Shown here: in pieces, positions 13,721 to 26,401 of the stretch
How the letters are laid out: every line of letters begins with the position of its first letter
Position numbering within the stretch: the stretch's first letter is position 1
Source of the DNA: Octopus bimaculoides
Lineage: Eukaryota
Assembly (NCBI RefSeq): GCF_001194135.2
Contig: NC_068997.1
Coordinates: 17,588,860 to 17,652,859 of the forward strand
DNA length: 64,000 nt
Reading direction: 5' to 3'
Made by a program: the position numbers and the translations under genes
Notes under the pieces: generated by a model
What the model was told of the DNA's origin: nothing
The model's database searches: none
What the model saw: the letters and a program-made list of their open reading frames with translations, nothing else

Positions 13721-14304
13721 TAAACTATTGATATAAATCTACTCCATTACCTTCCTACTTTATTATGGTTTTTCTGCATGTTTGCTCACGTTGTTGGTAT
13801 CAGATGTGGTCGCCGTTCTGTTTAAAAAAGGAGCGGGAGTTTAGAGTAACATATGTCACTAGTTTTTAAATATGTATTTTATCTATTCTTTTGTTCTATT
13901 TTGTGCAAAATATTCTTTAATGAGATAAGTCAGTTAAGTTTATATTGTAGTCAATTTATTCCATGCGTAAAAATTGGATATTTATTTATTCATATTATCT
14001 AACGCAATTTGTATTATATTTTAAATATCAATATTGATTTCTGATATTAAATTAAGGTCGCACAGGTTTCGTCGAGAGGCCTTAATTTTAGGATCAGCTT
14101 TTTTTTTTCATTTAAGATCGGGTTATGATAGGAAAATGATTCAAATACTAATGTGTCTGGAAATAGGAATTTAGCATTCGTCAAATATCCCGATAGTTTC
14201 CTTAAAAAGCGAATAACATATCAGAGGATAAAATCGTAAGTTGTGCAAAATAATTAGTAACTAATCATTTTCGAAACTTGAATTCAAAGATCCTTTGTAT
14301 TCTA

Positions 14305-14425
14305 GACAAAGCCTGAGATTTTGTGTGATAGGGGCCAGTTGATTACATTAAAGCCAGTGCTCACCTGGTACATCTTTTCATCGAATCCATAAGGATGAAA
14401 CGAAAATCGCGATTGCGGTGGAATG
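14305..14425 (-). mobile_element. SINE family B, diverged fragment
   Basis: Minus strand reads TTTCATCCTTATGGATTCGATGAAAAGATGTACCAGGTGAGCACTGG. Confidence 0.6.
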
Positions 14426-14689
14426 ACTAAAGTAGATAATAGCTTAAAATTTCTGTTCAGAACAGAAGTTTTTAAAAAGAAAGGGTAAGTTGCCCACGGC
14501 GATATTTGAACTCAGAACGTGAGGCTAAACGATATGCTATTTAGATTATTCAACATGTGAAGCTTTGATTTAGATTATTCAGCTATGAAGATAATTCAAG
14601 ATATGAAGCTTTGTGGGGGGAAAATATATTGAATTCCTTTGTGTTCTAGGTGGTGAGACAATATTCTCTAGGGTTTTATATGTTCATAT

Positions 14690-15330
14690 TAGTTTCAAAA
14701 TTTTCGCAGAAATCCAACGATTTAGAGGGCGAGGGTGAGTCGAACATTTCAACCCCAGTGTTTAACTGATACTTATTTTATCGAAGGCAGCGAGCTGGCA
14801 GAAACGCTAGCGCGCGGGGTGAAATACTTAGCGGTATTTCGTCTGCCGTTACGTTCAGAGTTCAACTTCTGCAGAGGTCGACTTTGCCTTTCATCCATTT
14901 GGGGACGATAAATTAATTACCAGTTACGCACTAGGGTCGATATAATCGACTAAATCTCTTTGTCTGTCCTAGTTTGTCCCCTCTATGTTTATCCCCCCCC
15001 CCCACCAACTGTGGGCAATAAAGAAATAAGAAACGTTAGCACGTTGGCGAAATGATTAGCGGTATTTCGTCTGTCTTCACATTCTGAGTTGAAATTCCGC
15101 AGAGGTCGACTTTGCTTTTCATTTTTTCGGGGTCGATAAATTGAGTACCATCGACTGGCCCCGTTCCCCAAAATTTCGGACCTTGTTCCTAGAGTAGAAA
15201 AGGATACTTTTTTTATCCACTACGAAATGATGAAACACTAAGTCGACCACGGCGAAATTTGAACTCAGAAAGTTAAGAAGGACGAAAAGCCGCTAAGCAT
15301 TGTCTTTGGCGGGACAACGATTCTACCAGT
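14690..15330 (-). mobile_element. Older SINE family B copy (head 15330-15203, tail 14784-14690) split by a nested insertion
   Basis: The two minus-strand halves are colinear with family B and overlap by a 15-bp duplicated site. Confidence 0.7.
14785..15204 (+). mobile_element. Dimeric tRNA-derived SINE, family B (central motif resembles a MetaSINE-type domain)
   Basis: Two tandem units, each with an A-box-like/B-box-like head (GAGTTCAACTTC, GAGTTGAAATTC) followed by GAGGTCGACTTTGCCTTTCATCC..GGGG.CGATAAATT. The superfamily name is from memory and unverified. Confidence 0.85.
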
Positions 15331-15411
15331 TTTCCGCCTTGTTTTAGATATTCATATTAGTAGCAATTTTTCATATAATTATGCGAATAATTTCATCAAA
15401 CGAAGAATATA

Positions 15412-15620
15412 TACTCTTTACTCTTTTACTTGTTTCAGTAATTTGACTGCGGCCGTGCTGGAGCACCGCCTTTAGTCGAGAAAATCGACCCTAGGACTTA
15501 TTCTTTGTAAGCCTAGTACTTATTCTATCGGTCACTTTTTGCTGAACCGCTAAGTTTCGGGGACGTAAACACACCAGCATCGGTTTTCAAGCGATGATGG
15601 GGGGACAAACACAGACACAC
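15412..15620 (-). mobile_element. SINE family A, 3' module with (GAGTAAAA)n tail
   Basis: Near-identical to the reverse complement of 43355-43566. Confidence 0.92.
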
Positions 15621-15647
15621 ATGCCCACATACATATATATATATATA

Positions 15648-16589
15648 ATTGAACACACATATTGTATCTTGCGTTGGACATATGGTATTGTTCCTGTGAT
15701 TTTCCACCCTTATGTATCCATTTTNNNNNNNNNNNNNNNNNNNNNNNNNNNNNNNNNNNNNNNNNNNNNNNNNNNNNNNNNNNNNNNNNNNNNNNNNNNN
15801 NNNNNNNNNNNNNNNNNNNNNNNNNNNNNNNNNNNNNNNNNNNNNNNNNNNNNNNNNNNNNNNNNNNNNNNNNNNNNNNNNNNNNNNNNNNNNNNNNNNN
15901 NNNNNNNNNNNNNNNNNNNNNNNNNNNNNNNNNNNNNNNNNNNNNNNNNNNNNNNNNNNNNNNNNNNNNNNNNNNNNNNNNNNNNNNNNNNNNNNNNNNN
16001 NNNNNNNNNNNNNNNNNNNNNNNNNNNNNNNNNNNNNNNNNNNNNNNNNNNNNNNNNNNNNNNNNNNNNNNNNNNNNNNNNNNNNNNNNNNNNNNNNNNN
16101 NNNNNNNNNNNNNNNNNNNNNNNNNNNNNNNNNNNNNNNNNNNNNNNNNNNNNNNNNNNNNNNNNNNNNNNNNNNNNNNNNNNNNNNNNNNNNNNNNNNN
16201 NNNNNNNNNNNNNNNNNNNNNNNNNNNNNNNNNNNNNNNNNNNNNNNNNNNNNNNNNNNNNNNNNNNNNNNNNNNNNNNNNNNNNNNNNNNNNNNNNNNN
16301 NNNNNNNNNNNNNNNNNNNNNNNNNNNNNNNNNNNNNNNNNNNNNNNNNNNNNNNNNNNNNNNNNNNNNNNNNNNNNNNNNNNNNNNNNNNNNNNNNNNN
16401 NNNNNNNNNNNNNNNNNNNNNNNNNNNNNNNNNNNNNNNNNNNNNNNNNNNNNNNNNNNNNNNNNNGCTAATCCCTGTATATTTATGATGATAAATGGTT
16501 TTACCGATAAAGGTTTTTTCATACTGAACTACTTGGCAAAATTGTTAATTATTAATTCTATTATTAATTGACGATTCCCTGCCCTTATT

Positions 16590-16592
<3 letters not shown>
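15648..16592. repeat. Unclassified cassette bounded by (TA)n on both sides, middle lost in gap 15725-16467
   Basis: Non-microsatellite sequence flanks this gap on both sides and is itself bracketed by TA runs. Confidence 0.4.
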
Positions 16593-16634
<42 letters not shown>

Positions 16635-17379
16635 CATCGTCCCGGTTTAGTTAAATTTTCGAGCTAAACAAAGCCTTCGGTTTTCTATGGATACTATAAA
16701 GCAGAAGTGTATTTCTTTTTTTTTCTGTTTTCATTTTGTAATAAACGAGAACATCTAAAGCAAGCATAATCACTTGATTTTTAAAAGAATCAAGTATACG
16801 TACTTTGAGTATATATCTATGTATATAGTTATGCTTAGATGCATTACAAATATAAACATATATATAAAATATATATGTACAAACATATGCATACATATTT
16901 TATAAATTCAGAAATACTCACAAACACATATTTATGTGTGCGTGTATGTATGCGTCTGTGTGTGTCTGTATGTATATAAATTACTCATAGAGTCCATACG
17001 AGACCCATTTGAACAACAAAATAGGGAAAACAAACAACCGAACATGCTCCACATTATCTACTAAAATTCGTTCAGTTGTTAACATGTGTTACAATAAAGA
17101 CAGATTGCACAATTCGTTCCTTATTGAATGGTGTACAATATTAATTAATTAATTCAGAAAGTCTATTCTAATTTTGTTTTTCATTATTTCAGCATATTGT
17201 AATTTACATCATTTGATCAATATTATCAAATAAATTGGCCTACTTAAGTATTCTAATTTGGGAGAATAAACACGAAAGCAAAGCCAGAGATTAATGAAAA
17301 GGAAACACACATACACAGAACTAAGCTCACGCGGGTTCATACTTCCTCACCAGAACTATCTACACATTACATATATGCA

Positions 17380-17418
<39 letters not shown>

Positions 17419-17421
<3 letters not shown>

Positions 17422-17780
17422 AGTAAAAATTAAATACCAAAAAAGTGGGGGGTGTATGAAAAGACAGAAAACCAGCCAACTTATTACAGTCTGTTAAAGT
17501 CTGTCATACCGGCCATGACGAAGGGAAATAGCCCTGAAACTCGAGTCGCCTTTATATATTTATATTTATATATTTGATCCTTTATATTGAACACTCAATA
17601 TTTCATCTACATTCAATACTTTATTTCATGGTGCCATCCATTTTTATTTTCTTTTATTTCATATTATATATTGTATATTATATTATATATTGTATATTCC
17701 ATATTCTATACCCCACATTGGTTCTGCAGGAATATAAATAAAACATAAAAAACAGACAGTGTTGGAACTCTTTTAAACAA

Positions 17781-17785
<5 letters not shown>
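17419..17785 (+). mobile_element. ~365-bp cassette inside (TA)n, probable Penelope-like terminal repeat (solo pLTR) or retrozyme-like unit
   Basis: Bracketed by (TA)n runs at 17379-17418 and 17785-17811; contains a hammerhead-like motif at 17511-17550. Confidence 0.55.
17511..17550 (+). ncRNA. Minimal type I hammerhead ribozyme-like motif (non-canonical core)
   Basis: GGC-C-A-TGACGA-AGGG-aaatag-CCCT-GAAAC-tcga-GTC-GCC: stem II 4 bp, stem III 2 bp with palindromic TCGA loop, GUC site, stem I GGC/GCC. One extra A lies between C3 and U4. Confidence 0.55.
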
Positions 17786-17812
<27 letters not shown>

Positions 17813-17815
<3 letters not shown>

Positions 17816-17970
17816 TGGTTTTGTGGTAAATCGCTTGCTTACCAACTACATGGTCCTAGGTTCAGTCCCACTGCGTGGCATCTTGGGGTAGTGTCTTCTA
17901 TTATAGCCTCGGGCCGACCAAAGCATTGTGAGTGGATTTGCTAGACGGAAACTGAAAGAAGCCCGTCGTG
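17813..17970 (+). mobile_element. SINE family A head (tRNA-like plus CORE-like), followed by microsatellite
   Basis: A-box-like TGGTTTTGTGG, B-box GGTTCAGTCCC, CORE-like GGCATCTTGGGGTAGTGTCTT; ends GAAGCCCGTCG. Confidence 0.9.
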
Positions 17971-18249
17971 TATATGTATATATATATATATATTATATAA
18001 TACGTAACAAATATATACGTATATATATATATATATATTATATAATACGAAATATAAATATATATATTACGTATTTTATATATTATGCATGAGTGAGTAT
18101 GTGTGTGCGCGCATGTGTTGCGCGTGCGCTGGTGTATACATATGTAGATGTGTATGACGCAATGTCAACGCTTCATACTGGGCTGTGTAGAATAGTATAC
18201 CAATTAATGTCACCCACATTTTTAGTTGCTGACCTAAACTTATATTCTG

Positions 18250-18990
18250 GTGACATCAAAACATGAGACAACTAGAACAAGTTACAACATTGTCAGAGTA
18301 TATAGGCATGGAGTTTGGACAAGATATAAGCTCAACCATGGAAAGACTGGTTATCAACAACAGAAAGACTGTGCAGCAGATAGAACATGTATTCCAATAA
18401 GTTGTCTATCTTATATATTGCTAATGAGGAAACTATAAGTGTCTCGGAATCGCCGAGAATTCCGCAAGCAGGTGCTGTGTGTAAAACCAAAAGGAACAAA
18501 GAGTACTTCTACAGACACCGAAAAATAATGAACTCATTTAACAAGGTTATACGTCATAATGTTTTGCAGTGCCAGTGCATTGGACACTTGACCAGATTTG
18601 CAACCTGGATATCAAATCTTGAAAGATAGTAACCATCAATGGCAAATACCATAAATAAATATAGCCACACGATAAGGTTTATGTGAAACGAAAAAATAGA
18701 AGCAGTGTCATGAGGTCAGCGCAAAGAGCTCTTGAATGCCTCTTTGCATCTCTCTGACAATACATGCTGAACAATAAACAAAGAAATGTAAACATTATAG
18801 GCATGCTCAAAAGTGAGAACAACGGCATATTCTTGGTGGTGGGAGAAATCCCGTGATGACATTCTGAGAGTACAACTGTCTCACATCACCCGGAAGAGGC
18901 TGGAGTGGCTATCTAAATAGAAGCTTCGATTATAAGCATGAATAATACCAGCTAAAAGCAGTGCAGACGTTCATTTCCGTAAACTATGGA
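18250..18990 (+). mobile_element. Degenerate R4/Dong-like (RLE-type) non-LTR retrotransposon RT fragment
   Basis: Translates in part to LEQVTTLSEYIGMEFGQD (compare V..FS.DIGMEFGLDKC) and GMLKSEN (compare GLKSETEG); many stops and frameshifts. Confidence 0.55.
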
Positions 18991-19047
18991 ACAACAGCAA
19001 CTACATCGCCCTTAGAAGGACATATCTTTGCTATCCACCAACAGGAA

Positions 19048-19612
19048 TTCTGACACTATTGTGCATATCCTTCTTGCAAGGTTGAAGGGGATATTTGTTT
19101 TGGTGTGTCTTGGGTGGCATGAATTAAATGGTAGGTAATGTTCGGCGTTTGTGGTTTTGTAAAATATGTCGGTTTCTATATCCAAATTTAGTTTTTTAAT
19201 TAGTATATATAAGAATGGGAGCTCCTTTTGGTTGTACTCCATTGTGAACTGCATGTTTGGGGTGACGCTGTTCAATAGTCTTTTGAATTTCAGGAGCTTA
19301 CCTGTGTTTTCATTCCAGAGTATGAAACAGTCGTCTAGGAATCTTTTCCAATTTTCTTTTATGTATTGGGAAATGGGATTTCCAAAGGCAGATAAAGATC
19401 CCTGGTATATTATTAACTCCAGGTAGCCCATTGTTAGGTTCGCAATAAGTGGGGCTGCCCTAGTGCCCATAGCAATTCCGGATTTTTTTCGGAAAAAAGT
19501 ATTGTCAAACATGAAGTGGTTGCTTCGTAGGATGAATTCATCCGATTTAGTTATGAATTCTTTACTGATCCTTTTTGGTATTTCTTCCGGAAATTGGTCC
19601 AGCCAGAACTGT
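19048..19612 (-). mobile_element. Penelope-like element reverse transcriptase fragment (pseudogene)
   Basis: ORF 19638-19012 has GIAMGTRAAPLIANLTMGYLE, WKRFLDDCF (catalytic DD), FTMEYNQKELPFL and HYLPFNSCHPRHTKTNIPFNLARRICTIVS, all characteristic of Penelope-like RT and thumb regions. Confidence 0.92.
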
Positions 19613-19620
19613 TTCATCCT

Positions 19621-19770
19621 ATGAAACAACCACTCCATGTTCTAGCGACATATTTCCGGAATTGCTATGGGAACAAGCGCAGCCCCAGTCATTGCGAACA
19701 TAACAATGGGCTACCTGGAACTAATAATATACCAAGAGTCTTCATCTACCTTTGAAAACCTCCTCTCCCA

Positions 19771-19773
<3 letters not shown>
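19621..19773 (+). mobile_element. Second Penelope-like RT fragment, inverted relative to the first
   Basis: NHSMF*RHISGIAMGTSAAPVIANITMGYLELIIYQ. Positions 19655-19774 align to the reverse complement of 19363-19482 with 18 mismatches in 120 nt by hand count. The fragment runs into (CA)n. Confidence 0.9.
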
Positions 19774-19847
<74 letters not shown>

Positions 19848-20842
19848 NNNNNNNNNNNNNNNNNNNNNNNNNNNNNNNNNNNNNNNNNNNNNNNNNNNNN
19901 NNNNNNNNNNNNNNNNNNNNNNNNNNNNNNNNNNNNNNNNNNNNNNNNNNNNNNNNNNNNNNNNNNNNNNNNNNNNNNNNNNNNNNNNNNNNNNNNNNNN
20001 NNNNNNNNNNNNNNNNNNNNNNNNNNNNNNNNNNNNNNNNNNNNNNNNNNNNNNNNNNNNNNNNNNNNNNNNNNNNNNNNNNNNNNNNNNNNNNNNNNNN
20101 NNNNNNNNNNNNNNNNNNNNNNNNNNNNNNNNNNNNNNNNNNNNNATATATATATATATATATACAAGTACTTATATATGCGTTTGTATATGAATACACA
20201 GATTCATACACACATTTATACAAACGCAAAAGCAAACACCATACTCACATGCAAATATTTGTGTGGTGATGGGCTGGGGGTACAGACACAAATACAAGCA
20301 ACTACATATTTGATGAAATGTATAAACTCTTGTTCATTGTCGCCTATAAATCTATGTATGTGCAAGTAAGCATGTTTACGTCTTTGATAAGAAAGAATTA
20401 TATCGAATAGTTAGATAAGAATAAGTAAAAAAAAATTGGAGTCAAAATAAAATATGCCATCCAATTGGTGAAGACATCTCATTATTTTGGATTACACAAG
20501 AATTCGCCATTAAATCTTTGTCCATTTAAACGAATTGTTTTTGTTAATTGGTACATTACGCAGGATACATATGCAATGCTTTTGAAGTTGTGATTTTTAA
20601 AAAATTTCTTTTTTCTTTGTTTTTTCGTTTTTTTTTTCTCCTGTCTACATAGTTCTAAGAAAATTATTTATCCTTCCCATACTTCAAATGTTGGGCTTGC
20701 TTGACTATCTCATTTTCGCTATCAAATTGCGCAGAATAAATTTTCCTAATAGGACAAAACGAATGCAAAACCGTTAACAGAAAAATTAGCACACATAAAA
20801 ACTCCGAAATATGTAATTACTGAATACATGTAGGCACACACA

Positions 20843-20912
<70 letters not shown>

Positions 20913-20925
20913 NNNNNNNNNNNNN

Positions 20926-20962
<37 letters not shown>

Positions 20963-20991
20963 TATATACATACATATTTGTACATACATAA

Positions 20992-21023
<32 letters not shown>

Positions 21024-22661
21024 GTATATATCTACGCATATATGGGTACAGGATGTCATAAAATGTAAACAACACGAAATACGAAACTAAAGTTGCGTGC
21101 GCAAAGAACGGGAGAAACAAATGGGAAAACAAGTCACGTAACATGAAAGACGGCCCTTCATCAGTTGTCGGCTGTCCTTGTATTCCTGATCTTGAGCAAT
21201 GAAAGACAATATAAGACTTTGAAGGCCGTTGCTCCCGCGAGCTAATATTAAATTTGGTATTTGCTGAGTGTGAAGGTTGGTAGCAAAATCAGGATCCATT
21301 TCCAAATAAGTTTATGTTAATGTATTTGATACGACTCTATCCTTTATTGCTTTCACTCTCTCTCACCCTCTCTTTCTCTCATTTTGGTTTCTCTAATGTT
21401 TCTCTCCCCTTCACCGTTTTCTATCTATATGTCGCTCTCTCCCTCTTCCTCCTTTAGTCTCTCTCTCTCTTTCGTTGCTCACACGTGACCTTCATTTATT
21501 CCGCAGTCTTCAAAATCATTTGAACGGAAAAAAATAGACGACTGCAGAACAGTAACGAAGGTATATTTTTTCGTCACGGACAAGTAACGTTTGGAACAGG
21601 TGTCTTGCATGTCTACCAGATAGATGAAAGAGCATTGTAGATAATGAAGCAGAACATGCATATTTTAGGTTTAAAAAAAGTCTTTGTTGAACTTAAGTTT
21701 GAAAAATTAAAGAAGTGTAAAAAAAAACGGATAATTTATGGGATGACCCAATATTACCTAATGGCTAAAGTATAGCTTCAAAGTTACCACGCAGAATATT
21801 TTAGTTTTCCTCATATTATGTGAAAGAAGAAAGCTTTCTCTGTCTAATCTTTCACGCTATATTGCTGTATCGAGACTTCTAATGATTCAGAATTTCATGT
21901 ATATTTCTTGTGTAAATTTTTTGAAAAACACTTCACAAATACCTTTTAATGGATTACCGACGTGTATTGTTACTGTGTAGTGAATATAGGAAATTTATGC
22001 GACGCTTGTCCTCTCACCATCTATACGATTACAATCTAACCATGTTTTTTAGTTAGTTGCTTCTTAATTAATTTTACTGCAGCTGAAGCTGTTACACTTT
22101 AAACGCAAGCGTTAATTATTTTCAAAAATTACAGATAATTGTTTGCACAGCTGTTGCTTGTTGGTTGTTACGTTGTGAACCCTCCGTAACACTTCTAATT
22201 TCGCTACTATTGTTATATCTTTTCTGTATAATTATGTACTTGCAGAAAAGAGACATGTGCAGTGCAGCTTTAGCAGTCATTGCTTCTATGTGGAATAAGT
22301 CAAGAAATAAATGTTTTCAAATTAAAATATCTAATGAACAATTGCAACAACCATACAGCTCTAAACCAAGGAAAATGAAAATAAATGGCTAAATTTTAAA
22401 TTTAGCAAGTACCGTACTAGTTCAATACTATACTCCCGCTATACTCCGTTCTCACGTTATTTATATCTGGGTCCGGGTTTGTAATGTTTTCTTTAAATCG
22501 TTGACTTTCCGATGCGTTTTACATAAGCATATCCAAAAACCTGACTGAGCCAGTACGGCATTCATATTTCAATACTTGTGCAACATGATACAGCTTTCTT
22601 GAACCGTTACGATCTAAGGTTAAGGGCACTCAGTAAGATATAGGATTTCTAAATGTACCCA

Positions 22662-23052
22662 GGCGCAGGTATGGCTGTGTGGTAAGTAACTTGCTTACCA
22701 ACTACATGGTTCCGGGTTCATTTCCACTGCGTGGCACCTTGGGCAAGTGTCTTCTACTATAGTCGGCCAAAGTCTTGTGAGTGGATTTGGTAGACGGAAA
22801 CTGAAAGAAGCCCGTCATATATATGCATATATATGTGTGTGTGTGTGTGTATGTTTGTGTATCTGTGTTTGTCCCCCCCCCCAACATCGCTTGACAACCG
22901 ATGGTGGTGTGTTTACGTCCTCGTAACTTAGTGGTTCGGAAAAAGAGACCGATAGAATAAGTACTAGGCTTCCAAAGAATAAGTCGACAAAAGGCGGTGC
23001 TCCAGCATGGTCACAGTCAAATGACTGAAACAAGTAAAAGAGTAAAAGAGTA
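22662..23052 (+). mobile_element. Full-length composite SINE family A: tRNA head, CORE-like segment, internal (TA)/(TG) microsatellite, 3' module, GAGTAAAA tail
   Basis: A box TGGCTGTGTGG, B box GGGTTCATTTCC, GGCACCTTGGGCAAGTGTCTT. Compatible with described octopus tRNA-derived SINEs (OK/OR1/OR2 group); exact assignment not verified. Confidence 0.92.
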
Positions 23053-24599
23053 TGCTTCTCATGGTAGAAACACTTGTAAACTAGTGATGGCGATTACATG
23101 TCTTGTTCATACTCTAACGCTTTATGCTAAGCCATAACTATAATGAAGTCCTTCTAACACCTGGTGGCTTATATCACCATGACAGTGAATTGATAATACA
23201 CAGTAGACACAAACAGATATATGTATATGCGCGCTTATGTGTGTGTATGTGTGTATATGTGTGTGTATAATACATAATCGCAAGAAAACATCTTATCTTC
23301 TGAATGAATTTGTTACAAAGGAATTTAGAATATTTTCTTCCTGGAGATGAAAGGAAACTTGTGAACACGAATTTCTACCTTAATGAGCGCCATCAGCAGA
23401 GACTCGGCTTACCATTAACCAGCAAAACATGATTTCATGACTATAGAGTAAGTGTAATTAAGGCTGTTTTATGTGTACCTTTAGAAATGTATGTGCGTGT
23501 TCGCGCGTGTTAGTGTTTATGCCCAAGCTGGATAATGTTGCTAAGTATAAGTGTTGTCTTGATGAGTAAAATGTTATTAGAACTACCACTCTAGGTGTGT
23601 TATGAGGACGACGGATATTCATTTATAATGTAATTTAGCATAAACCAGCATACAGTCTAAGCATAACATCTGAGAATGTATCGTTATACTTTTACATAAT
23701 CTTATGACAGATAAATACATTCAGAGCATTGTTACATTCGAGATTAGAAATTATTGAAGAGTATTCTTTCATTAGCATCTTAAAACTAATGAAATACATA
23801 GTAATTGCAGCATATTAAAGAAACGCATCGTACAGAAGCGACACAGAATCCTGGAAGCTGTTTGCAGTAGTGATTCCGAGACTGCATATTAATTTAAATA
23901 TATATTCAATAATTAAATAATTGCGCAACCATGTGTATGTTCTTGTATACAAACATAGGATGTATTAGATAATTTAAGTCAATTAGAACTTTCAATGTAC
24001 TCCGTAACACTTCATCGCTTTTTAATACTGTAAGTATGCATAATTATTCAAATAGATTTTCCTTTCATTATCATTAGTACTTATGATAGAATTTGAGCTT
24101 AGATGTGTCAACAGAGATATACAATTTCAAACCTAACATTTAATTTAACAAGTGAACAGCGATAAACAACAATGTCTGTTGCAGTACGGTTCAAATAAAA
24201 TGCACTGAGAGGAAAAAGAATAAATAATATTTTCGGAGCGTGGTTATCTAACTGAAAAATACATAAACTTTAAAACCAAATATTTGGCGAAAATATTTCA
24301 TCCTTCTCTTTATTAATCACTCGATGATATTAAACCAGGATTCATATAATTCATTATTTGTCATGTTCAGAAAGTTTATGAAACTTAAATCGTTGAAATT
24401 ATACAAACAGAGCAATGGGTCCACTTCACTTTCGTTTATCAAAGCCTGTTCCGTTAGAATTCCTGCAACACTTTCCATTGAAAATAATCCCAAAGAAGTA
24501 TGAGAAATTAAAAACAGATATAAATTAGGAATTATGACTATTTTCAATGCAAATATGATTTATATATTAAAGAAAAACATTCGTAGCGATGGATAAAAT

Positions 24600-24836
24600 C
24601 TGATCTTCACATCGAAGAGTCTATGTATATATATTCGCCACGATAGATCACTAACCACTATACATATTTTCTTTCTCTCCTTGTTTCTCTCTTTGTTTCT
24701 TTCTGTGTTCCTTTCTCTGGAGGAGCGTAGGCACGAAACGTTAAAGACTTTTTCAATTCCCGAGCGTTATACTAATACATCTATTTGTTTTCTACACCAC
24801 CTATCTTCGTCTGTTGCTTTTTTTGTGAAGTTTCCC
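24600..24836 (+). repeat. Short dispersed-repeat-like cassette ending in (TA)n, possibly a Penelope terminal remnant
   Basis: Contains CTGGAGGAGCGTAGGCACGAAACG (24717-24740) and abuts (TA)n(TG)n at 24837. Confidence 0.4.
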
Positions 24837-24856
24837 TATATATATATATATATATA

Positions 24857-24950
<94 letters not shown>

Positions 24951-25069
24951 AAAAATACATGCAGAGTACATATATACATATTTCTTATCTTAATATTTCG
25001 AAAAAGATTTTCATAATTTCCTTCTTTACATTATAACGGGAAACAAGTACTTATCAAGTACGACGTGTT

Positions 25070-25206
25070 TCCTTCAATTTCCTCACAACTAGATCCATTT
25101 ATAAAGCTTTGGTCGACCCGAACCTGTACTGGACGACACGCACCAAAGGTGTCAAGCAATGCGTCTGAATCCGGAACCAAGTGGTTGGAAAGCAAGCATT
25201 TTTACT
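25070..25206 (-). mobile_element. SINE family A head, diverged
   Basis: Minus strand reads GCTTGCTTTCCAACCACTTGGTTCCGGATTCAG...GGGTCGACCAAAGCTTT. Confidence 0.75.
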
Positions 25207-25849
25207 CTTTGGAAATCTGACAGATACGGCTTTTGCAAGGAACGAACTTATGTAATTTACCTTCGAGTGTCAGCCCAGTAGCCTACTTATTGGCTCATCA
25301 AAGACTACTTCTATCAATATATCATTAAAATATATTGCAATACAGACCCTTATTCGCGAACCTAAGGGCACAACATCAAATTTAATCAAAACACTGCATA
25401 TATTTCCTATTTCAATGTATGCATGTATGTATGCATGTAGCCTCTTTTATAAACACATACACATATATATGCATGTATGTATGATATACATATATACATA
25501 TATGTATGTGTGTAAATGTATAAGAACGTATATATGTACATATATATCCATATATATATACATCTATATATATACATACACACACATGCATTTAATGTTT
25601 ACTTACACATAAACGCCAGTGTAAAATGTCTCCATACAATTTTCTAATATACACACATGCATATACATACGTGCACATACATTTCCATGTTCACCTCGTT
25701 GTATGTGCATCATCAATCGTTTGCCAAGTGTAGGATGACTCCATCATCTCATTCTCAATTACTTGTTTATGGTGGCTAATTTAAGATTTATGACTAATTT
25801 CTGAGATGTTTTCAACTTTAATTGGAGATGAAGGGTTATATTTATAAAA

Positions 25850-26058
25850 TCAACAACGACAAATAAATACATTTTGCAAAAAAAAACAAACAAAGAAAAA
25901 TAACAATATTATCTACAACAACAACATTTATGACAACAATAAGAAGAACGTCAATAAGAGCGTTGTAATAGTAATAAGGATGGTATAAATAAATGCAAAT
26001 TTAAGATTCTATTTTATATCTATATGGAGATATTATTATTATTATTCTTATCATTATT

Positions 26059-26093
<35 letters not shown>

Positions 26094-26170
26094 CGTTGTT
26101 GTTGTCGTCGTTGCTGTTGTTGGCGTTGTTGCTGTTATTACTATTTTTATATTGATATAATAATAATAAC

Positions 26171-26238
<68 letters not shown>

Positions 26239-26370
26239 CAACAATAATAATTTCTACGGCTGCAATTAAGACGCAGGCGATGATACGTAATATGGATGCA
26301 CATACAGTTATGCAGGCAAATGAAGGTAAAAACAAAAGCAAGTATGACATCACAACCCCAAACAGCAATG

Positions 26371-26401
<31 letters not shown>

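Noticed and set aside
21087-21305. ORF possibly from a Penelope GIY-YIG tail, with CTGATGA on the minus strand
   Set aside because: No diagnostic residues and no GAAA box; left as an unclassified repeat.
24371-24497. Plus-strand AG...GTATGA-bounded segment open in one frame (KFMKLKSL...NNPKE), overlapping a 76-aa minus ORF
   Set aside because: No recognisable protein and no neighbouring exon to link; insufficient without RNA data.
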